A stretch of 64,000 nt of DNA from Bacteroidia bacterium (GTDB lineage Bacteria > Bacteroidota > Bacteroidia > B-17B0 > Aurantibacillaceae). The position numbers were made by a program, and so were the translations under genes. The notes under the pieces are model-generated. The model was not told the DNA's origin. It saw only the letters and a list, made by a program, of their open reading frames with translations, and did not search any database. The stretch covers positions 213,702 through 277,701 of the forward strand of contig CAXVYS010000009.1 of assembly GCA_963422675.2 (NCBI GenBank). Reading direction: 5' to 3'. Position 1 is the first letter of the stretch. The number at the start of each line of letters is the position of its first letter. This document shows positions 57,758-64,000 of this stretch, in pieces.

Positions 57758-57807
57758 GTTAGTATTTTTATTAAAGATAAAACTTTTTTCTTTTCTTTTA
57801 TTTTTTT

Positions 57808-57883
57808 GTCAGACTGAGCAAAGTCGAAGCCTTTACAAAAACGAAACAAATTATCGTCACCCTTCGACTCCGCTCAGAGTGAC
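57808..57883. repeat. Imperfect inverted repeat of a 22-nt GC-richer unit (REP-like element)
   Basis: gtcagactgagcaaagtcgaag (57808-57829) pairs with cttcgactccgctcagagtgac (57862-57883) at 18 of 22 positions. It stands out from the AT-rich surroundings. Confidence 0.5.
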
Positions 57884-57899
57884 AATAATTTGTTCTCGT
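57835..57899 (-). terminator. Rho-independent terminator of htpG
   Basis: On the minus strand a stem of about 20 bp (57899-57879 with 57860-57841, one mismatch and one bulge) starts 4 nt after the htpG stop. It is followed by TTTTGT. Confidence 0.6.
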
Positions 57900-57903
57900 T
57901 ATA

Positions 57904-59805
57904 TTAATTGATCATCTCAACGGATCTCTTAATAAACTTCGTTAATTCTTCGCCTTTTAGTAAACCTTGCGAAAGCATTGCTAAATCAGCCGCTTGTTTG
58001 GCTAATTGGGCCTGTACATTACTATCTTTCTCCGCTAATATTTTACTGATCAGTGGGTGATTTGCATTTACCACTAAATTATACATATCAGGCATTGAAC
58101 CGTAAAAGTTCATTCCGCCACCGCCACCCATGGCCTGCATATCTTTCATACGACGCATAAATTCAGGACGGGTAATCAGCATAGGTGAATCTGTTTCACT
58201 TAAGCTTTCAAAGGTTACCGTGTATTTCTCTTTAGCAACAACGCCTTCCACAATCGGTTTCAATGTGTTTTGTTCTTCCTCCGTTAATTTACTAACCTGC
58301 GCTTCTTCTTTTTTAATGAGCTTATCCACTGTATCGCTGTCTACGCGTACAAACTGCACATTGTCCAATTTGCTTTCCAAATGATTAATGTAGTGTGCAT
58401 CCAATGGCGAATCCATTAATAACACATCATAACCTCTTGATTTTGCTGCGTCAATATAGGTGTGTTGCTCATCCGTATTAGTGGCATACAAATATACCAC
58501 CTTATTGTCTTTGTCTGTTTGATTTGGTTTTACATGTGCATTGTATTCGTCAAACGTAAACGCTTTACTATCTGTGTTTTTAAGTAAAGCAAATTTCACG
58601 GCTTTCTCATAGAATTTTTCATCGCTGATCATTCCGTATTGTACAAATATTCTGATATCATCCCATTTCGCTTCAAAATCAGTACGTTCTTTTTTAAAGA
58701 TCTCTTCTAATTTATCGGCTACTTTTTTAGTGATGTGAGCTGATATTTTTTTAACATTCCCATCAGCCTGTAAATAACTACGGCTTACGTTTAACGGAAT
58801 ATCCGGACTATCAATCACCCCACGTAACATGGTTAAAAAATCGGGAACAATGTTTTCTACATTGTCGGTTACAAATACCTGGTTGCTGTATAATTGAATC
58901 CGGTCTTTAGGAGCTTCAAATTTGTTGGATAATTTAGGGAAATATAAAATACCGGTTAAGTTAAACGGGTAGTCTACATTCATGTGAATGTGAAATAAAG
59001 GCTCTTCAAATTGCATAGGATACAATTCGCGGTAAAAGGCTTTATAATCTTCGTCGGTTAAATCAGCAGGTTTTTTTACCCATAGCGGAACAGGGTTGTT
59101 GATGATATTTTCAACATCTATTTCCTGTTCTTTTTCGTGTCCTTTTTCATCTTTTTCTCCTGTAGGGATCCATGACTTTTTTGTTCCGAAAACAATTTCT
59201 ACCGGTAAAAATTTACAGTATTTGGTTAATAAAGTTTGGATACGGGAATCTTCCAAAAACTCTTCGCTGTCATCAGCAATGTGCAAGACGATGTTGGTTC
59301 CACGCTCTTTTTTAGTGTCAATGTCTTCAATGGTGTATTCAGGGCTTCCGTCGCATTCCCAACGCACCGCTTTACTTCCTTCTTTATAAGATAAAGAGAA
59401 AATCTCTACTTTTTTAGCGACCATAAAGGCAGAATAAAATCCTAACCCGAAATGACCGATTACTACATTTTTATCTACTTTATCTTTGTATTGGTTCACA
59501 AATTCTTCAGCCCCGCTGAAAGCAATTTGTGTAATGTATTTCTCAATTTCCTCAGCGGTCATACCAAGACCTTTATCTTTAATGGTAAGAGTTTTGGCAG
59601 CTTTGTCCAAAACAACTTCAATTTTAAGATCTCCCAGGTCACCTTTGGCTTCACCCATAGAGGAAAGGGCTTTTAATTTTTGGGTAGCATCCGTCGCATT
59701 ACTTACCAACTCACGTAAAAAGATCTCGTGGTCGCTGTAAAGGAATTTTTTAATAATAGGGAAAATGTTTTCGGTCTGTACATTAATTTTTCCGGTAGTG
59801 CTCAT
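57904..59805 (-). CDS. htpG: Molecular chaperone HtpG (Hsp90)
   Basis: N-terminal GHKL motif EIFLRELVSNATDA, GHFGLGFYS, and a length of 633 aa. Confidence 0.95.
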   Translation of the reverse strand: MSTTGKINVQTENIFPIIKKFLYSDHEIFLRELVSNATDATQKLKALSSMGEAKGDLGDLKIEVVLDKAAKTLTIKDKGLGMTAEEIEKYITQIAFSGAEEFVNQYKDKVDKNVVIGHFGLGFYSAFMVAKKVEIFSLSYKEGSKAVRWECDGSPEYTIEDIDTKKERGTNIVLHIADDSEEFLEDSRIQTLLTKYCKFLPVEIVFGTKKSWIPTGEKDEKGHEKEQEIDVENIINNPVPLWVKKPADLTDEDYKAFYRELYPMQFEEPLFHIHMNVDYPFNLTGILYFPKLSNKFEAPKDRIQLYSNQVFVTDNVENIVPDFLTMLRGVIDSPDIPLNVSRSYLQADGNVKKISAHITKKVADKLEEIFKKERTDFEAKWDDIRIFVQYGMISDEKFYEKAVKFALLKNTDSKAFTFDEYNAHVKPNQTDKDNKVVYLYATNTDEQHTYIDAAKSRGYDVLLMDSPLDAHYINHLESKLDNVQFVRVDSDTVDKLIKKEEAQVSKLTEEEQNTLKPIVEGVVAKEKYTVTFESLSETDSPMLITRPEFMRRMKDMQAMGGGGGMNFYGSMPDMYNLVVNANHPLISKILAEKDSNVQAQLAKQAADLAMLSQGLLKGEELTKFIKRSVEMIN

Positions 59806-59909
59806 GTGGTATATAATTTTTGATTAAATATAAATAGTTTGAGCCATATAACAGGCAAAGGTTATACCAATTGAGTAAAAAGTGACAAAATGACAATTGT
59901 AAAAATCAG

Positions 59910-59944
59910 AATAGCCATCTTAATCATTGACTAAGATGGCTATT
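59910..59944. terminator. Stem-loop downstream of fabH and upstream of htpG
   Basis: A perfect 13-bp stem, aatagccatctta / taagatggctatt, with a 9-nt loop. There are T-rich stretches on both sides (TTTGTT on the plus strand, CTGATTTTT on the minus strand). Confidence 0.6.
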
Positions 59945-59969
59945 TTGTTATCTGATTAGGATTAAAATC

Positions 59970-60956
59970 CTAATAACTCCACTTTAGATACGTACCACCC
60001 CAGGTAAAACCTGCGCCAAATGTGGTTAATACTAAATTATCACCTTTTTTAAGTTGATTTTCCCATTCCGCCAAACACAAAGGAAGTGTGGCAGAAGTGG
60101 TGTTTCCGTATTTTTGAATGTTCAGCATTACTTTATCCATGCTAATGCCCATACGGTTTGCTGTAGCTTCAATAATACGTTTATTGGCTTGGTGAGGAAC
60201 CAAAAAGGCCACGTCTTCCGCTTTTAGATGGTTGCGTTCCATCATTTCAGCGGCTACATCAGCCATTTTGATCACTGCTATTTTAAAAACAGCCTGCCCG
60301 TCCATTTCCACAAAATGTTGTTTGTTGGTAACGGTTTCAATGGAAGCAGGTATTAAACTGCCTCCTGCAGGTTGGTATAAATATTTTTTTCCGCTTCCGT
60401 CGGAGTACATACGGCTATCTAAAATGCCTGTTCCATCGGTAGTAGGTTCCAGTAAAACGGCTCCTGCCGCATCTCCAAACAAAATAGAAGTCTTACGATC
60501 GGTATAATCAACGATACTGCTCATTTTATCCGCACCAATTACCAGTACTTTTTTGTGAGCACCTGTTTCAATAAATTTGGTGGCAGCTGTTAAAGCATAT
60601 ATAAAACTGGAGCAGGCGGCCTGGATATCAAAGCCCCAGGCATTGGTAGCGCCTATCATATCTGCTACAATATTAGCGGTTGCGGGGTATTGATGATCGG
60701 GTGTTACAGTAGCAACAATAATCAACTCAATATCCAAAGGAGAAATTCCTTTTTTCTCAAGTAATTTTTTAGCTGCTTCTGCCGCCATAAAGGCTGTTGC
60801 CTTATCCGGATCTTTTAAAATACGGCGTTCGCTCACCCCACAACGACTCATAATCCACTCATCGTTGGTGTTAACCATTTTTTCAAGTTCTTTGTTATCC
60901 AGGATGTAATCGGGAGTGTAGGCGGCTACGCCTGTAATGGCTGCTGTTGTTTTCAT
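59970..60956 (-). CDS. fabH: Beta-ketoacyl-ACP synthase III
   Basis: Active-site Cys in AACSSF, His in PHQAN and Asn in YGNTSATLP. Length is 328 aa. Confidence 0.95.
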   Translation of the reverse strand: MKTTAAITGVAAYTPDYILDNKELEKMVNTNDEWIMSRCGVSERRILKDPDKATAFMAAEAAKKLLEKKGISPLDIELIIVATVTPDHQYPATANIVADMIGATNAWGFDIQAACSSFIYALTAATKFIETGAHKKVLVIGADKMSSIVDYTDRKTSILFGDAAGAVLLEPTTDGTGILDSRMYSDGSGKKYLYQPAGGSLIPASIETVTNKQHFVEMDGQAVFKIAVIKMADVAAEMMERNHLKAEDVAFLVPHQANKRIIEATANRMGISMDKVMLNIQKYGNTTSATLPLCLAEWENQLKKGDNLVLTTFGAGFTWGGTYLKWSY

Positions 60957-60992
60957 TTGTATAAATGCAATTAATTAGCTTATACAAATGTA
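60955..60992 (-). promoter_or_regulatory. Candidate fabH promoter -7 box overlapped by a perfect 10-bp inverted repeat (operator-like)
   Basis: atttgtataa (60955-60964) and ttatacaaat (60980-60989) are exact reverse complements with a 15-nt spacer. On the minus strand TACATTTG (60985-60992) matches TAnnTTTG. The proximal arm overlaps 2 nt of the fabH ATG. Confidence 0.45.
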
Positions 60993-61115
60993 TTTGAGGA
61001 AGTGTATAGTCGTGAACTAAAATAAAATTACAATACAACACCCAAATGATAATATTATTTCATAAATTTGTTATATATCCTTATAAATAAGGAGTTTTTA
61101 ATTTTTAATAATACG

Positions 61116-62675
61116 ATGTCTAACGTAAAATCAGACCAATTATTCAACCTCATAAAGGCCTTATCCAAGGGTGAAAAACGGTTTTTTAAATTATATGTTT
61201 CCCGTTTAGGGGATATGGAGGATAAAAAGTTCATTATTCTGTTCGATGCCATTGAGAAACAAAAAGAGTATAGTGAAGATAAAATTATGGCTCGCGAAAA
61301 AAGCCTGAGCCCAAAACAATTACCGAATCTTAAAACACATTTATATTTTCAATTATTAAAAAGTTTAAGACTTTGCAACAGTAATAGCCTGAGCAGTATC
61401 AAAATTATGGAGCTGATTGATTACTCGCGGTTGCTGTATAGTAAATGTTTGTACAAAGAATGCGTGAAGATGATTGATAAAGCCAAACGTATGGCCATCA
61501 GAAATGATCAGTCTGTTTTTTTGCTGGAAATACTGGAGCTTGAAAAACTGGTTATCTCTAAAACCCTTGATGCCGGTAATGAAGAGCGTGTCAACCAGAT
61601 TATTAATGAAACTATAAAAGTAACAGAGAGTATCACAAATATTAATTTGTTTTCTAACCTTTCCATTAAACTCGATTCTTATTATAATAAATCAGGTTTT
61701 GTCAGGAACAAATATGATCTTGAAAAAGTAACGGAATTTTTCAATGCCAGCTTGCCAAGGTATTATATAAAAAACCTCTCGTTCCAGGAAAAATTATACC
61801 TCTATAAATCTTATGTAGGGTTTTACTTTTTTATCCAGGATTTTAAGCGCGGCTACCTTTATGCGAATAAATGGGTAAACTTATTTGAAGAGCAGCCGGA
61901 GATGATTCCCTTAAAACCGGAGATGTACATTAAAGCCTTAAATAGCTTGCTCGCCGTGCAGAATAAGCTTTACAAGTACAACGAGTTTTCTGAAACACTT
62001 AAACGTTTAGTGGCCATTAAGCGTGAAAAGAAAATTATTTTAACCGAAAACCTGAACCTTAATTTATTTAAAGCCATTTATATTCATGAGATCAACCGCC
62101 ATTTTATGCTGGGGGAATTTAAGTCGGGAACCCGCATTGTAGCCGCTTTGGAAAATGAACTTAATAAATTTGTAACCAAGCTCGATAAGCATTCTATTTT
62201 ACTGTTATACTATAAAATTGCCTGCCTGTATTTTGGAAGCGGAAATTACAGAACAGGATTAACCTGGTTAAATAAAGTTACCAATGAGCGACAGATCGAA
62301 TTGCGGGAAGATTTGCATTCCTTCGGCCGAATTCTTTCGCTGATCTGTCATTTTGAGTTGGGTAATGACGACCTGGTGGAATCCTATATTAAATCAACCT
62401 ACCGTTATTTTACCAAGAAAGGTGATCTTACTTTATACCAGAAATACATTCTGGATTTCCTGAAAAGTTTATTAATGGAAAGTGAGATCAGGAACGTACA
62501 GAAACGATTTATGCTTCTTAAAAATCAAATGGAATCGTTACGAAATAATAAATTTGAAAAGCGGGCCTTTTTGTATTTCGACATTATTTCATGGCTGGAA
62601 AGCAAAATTGAGAATCGTCCGGTGCAGGTGTTGATCCAGGAAAAGCTGAGTGAACGGTTAAAATTAATGGCATAA
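61116..62675 (+). CDS. Hypothetical all-helical (TPR-like) cytoplasmic protein
   Basis: The listed ORF is 61068..62675. The ATG at 61116 (MSNVKSDQLF...) is the more plausible start. It has an N-terminal LIKALSKGEKRFFKLY motif and helical-repeat character throughout. Confidence 0.55.
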   Translation: MSNVKSDQLFNLIKALSKGEKRFFKLYVSRLGDMEDKKFIILFDAIEKQKEYSEDKIMAREKSLSPKQLPNLKTHLYFQLLKSLRLCNSNSLSSIKIMELIDYSRLLYSKCLYKECVKMIDKAKRMAIRNDQSVFLLEILELEKLVISKTLDAGNEERVNQIINETIKVTESITNINLFSNLSIKLDSYYNKSGFVRNKYDLEKVTEFFNASLPRYYIKNLSFQEKLYLYKSYVGFYFFIQDFKRGYLYANKWVNLFEEQPEMIPLKPEMYIKALNSLLAVQNKLYKYNEFSETLKRLVAIKREKKIILTENLNLNLFKAIYIHEINRHFMLGEFKSGTRIVAALENELNKFVTKLDKHSILLLYYKIACLYFGSGNYRTGLTWLNKVTNERQIELREDLHSFGRILSLICHFELGNDDLVESYIKSTYRYFTKKGDLTLYQKYILDFLKSLLMESEIRNVQKRFMLLKNQMESLRNNKFEKRAFLYFDIISWLESKIENRPVQVLIQEKLSERLKLMA

Positions 62676-62885
62676 TTTTTTAAAAGAAGTGATCAATTCT
62701 TGTGATAACAATTTCTTTTTTATGTGATATGTTAAAATAATCCGAAAATAAATATCAGTTCAACTGTACGTATTATTCAGCCGTATCGATCTTTTCAATA
62801 AAATTAGTTTTTTTCTGTAAAGTGAAAAAAAGGCTAATTAAGTCTTATCTTTATATAAGCAATTTATATATCAACTTTTCGTACC

Positions 62886-64000
62886 ATGCTTAAAACATCT
62901 CTCACGCTTCTTTTATTTATTGGAACTTTTGCAATAAGCCTAAAAGCTCAAACGCTTAATTATTATTTCGGTAATATTCATGCGCATACGTCTTATTCTG
63001 ACGGAAATCAGGATAGTAGTACTTCTTCCATAACCAAACCTTTGCAGGATTTTAATTATGCTAAAGCGTCGCAACATATTGATTTTTATGGAATTTCGGA
63101 GCATAACCATTTTAGTGCAGGAATGACAAATCCCATCAATTTCCACAGAGGAATTGCTGATGCTAATACCGCTAACATAGATGGTTCTTTTGTGGCATTG
63201 TATGGCATGGAGTGGGGTGTTATTTCGGGTGGAGGACATGTGATTGTATATGGTTATGATTCTTTGATGGGATGGGATAACCATGATTATGATGTGTATG
63301 TGGCGCAGGATGATTACGCCTCTTTATGGAAAAAAATAAATGAAAAACCCGGATCGTTTGCTTACCTGGCACATCCGCAGTCGTCTGATTACAGCAATTT
63401 ATTTACAAGCACGGTAACCATCAGTGCAGATAATGCCATTGTAGGTATGGCTGCACGAAGCGGTCCTGCATTCTCAACAAATACCAGTTATTCAAATCCT
63501 TCAACCAGTAATTTTATTGCCAGGTATAACGATGCTTTAAAAAGAGGCTATCATTTAGGTGTGGGTTTAGATCATGATACGCATAATTCTGTATTTGGCC
63601 GTCAAACAGATGGCCGTTTAGTAGTGTTGGCAACGGCTTTAACACAGATAGATGTTTTAGATGCCATTCGTAAAATGCGGTTTTATAGTTCAGATGACTG
63701 GAATGTAAAAGTAGATTTTTCTGTATTTAACCAACCAATGGGAAGCATCATTACTCATACCGGTACACCTGTTATTACCGCGGTCATTACTGATCCGGAT
63801 GTTTCCGAAACGGTTTCTTCCATTGCCGTTTATTATGGAGTGCCGGGAAGTGGCGTTAATGCTACTGTATTAACTACGGTAACAAACACGGCTACCTTAT
63901 CATATGCACATACCATTGCCAATAACAGTACTTACTATTATTATTTAAAGATCACACAAGCCGATGGTGACATTGTTTGGACATCACCCATTTGGTATAC
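62886..64000 (+). CDS. Secreted PHP-domain-like metal-dependent phosphoesterase; 3' end outside the window
   Basis: Not in the supplied ORF track because no stop falls in the window. The frame is open from the ATG at 62886 to nt 64000. Signal peptide MLKTSLTLLLFIGTFAISLKAQ, a PHP motif GNIHAHTSYSDG, then SEHNH, YLAHP and GLDHDTH metal-ligand-like motifs. Confidence 0.65.
   Translation, partial: MLKTSLTLLLFIGTFAISLKAQTLNYYFGNIHAHTSYSDGNQDSSTSSITKPLQDFNYAKASQHIDFYGISEHNHFSAGMTNPINFHRGIADANTANIDGSFVALYGMEWGVISGGGHVIVYGYDSLMGWDNHDYDVYVAQDDYASLWKKINEKPGSFAYLAHPQSSDYSNLFTSTVTISADNAIVGMAARSGPAFSTNTSYSNPSTSNFIARYNDALKRGYHLGVGLDHDTHNSVFGRQTDGRLVVLATALTQIDVLDAIRKMRFYSSDDWNVKVDFSVFNQPMGSIITHTGTPVITAVITDPDVSETVSSIAVYYGVPGSGVNATVLTTVTNTATLSYAHTIANNSTYYYYLKITQADGDIVWTSPIWY

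Noticed and set aside
62940-63284. 114-aa minus-strand ORF, the only track entry in this region
   Set aside because: It is antisense to a much longer open frame that has a signal peptide and PHP motifs (62886 to the window end). It is almost certainly spurious.
1-64000. Looked for CRISPR arrays, tRNA/rRNA genes, transposases, integrases, phage genes, toxin-antitoxin pairs and restriction-modification or other defence genes
   Set aside because: I found no regularly spaced direct repeats, no cloverleaf-like or rRNA-like conserved stretches in the spacers, and no ORF with recombinase, nuclease or defence motifs. The window reads as core chromosome. A tRNAscan/Infernal run would be the decisive check for small RNAs.

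Overview
AT-rich, very gene-dense chromosomal segment with about 57 protein-coding genes. By eye I found no rRNA, tRNA, CRISPR array, transposase/integrase or prophage-like block. Gene content points to Bacteroidota: type IX secretion (T9SS) components and cargo with C-terminal sorting domains, the TPR/DUF4292/EnvC-like triad, DUF3822 next to rsmD, FabV, few Shine-Dalgarno sequences and TAnnTTTG-type -7 boxes. Most genes are housekeeping: rlmN, gltX, tadA, lipB, rfbA, rsmD, prfC, ettA, htpG, fabH, fabV, pssA, two polyprenyl synthases, heme A synthase, and a MacB-type ABC exporter with adaptor. The most system-like, least textbook feature is a tightly packed minus-strand cluster at 19015-27511. 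It encodes an MBOAT O-acyltransferase, an SGNH/DltD-like partner, a PorV/PorQ-family barrel and a 1673-aa PorU-like C25 peptidase. The barrel and peptidase genes share an ATGA overlap, and their order is reversed relative to the canonical porU-porV order as I remember it. Other second-look items are a beta-lactamase-fold hydrolase coupled to a small cytoplasmic metzincin-motif protein, a perfect palindrome over the fabH promoter and start codon, repeat clusters in a few unusually long intergenic regions, a REP-like nested inverted repeat after htpG, and several motif-degenerate enzymes (a TlpA-like protein without CxxC, an SDR without YxxxK). There is also an edge-truncated secreted PHP-domain gene that the ORF track does not list. 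I see no convincing defence island or mobile element. All novelty statements are hypotheses from motif-level reading, made without any database search.
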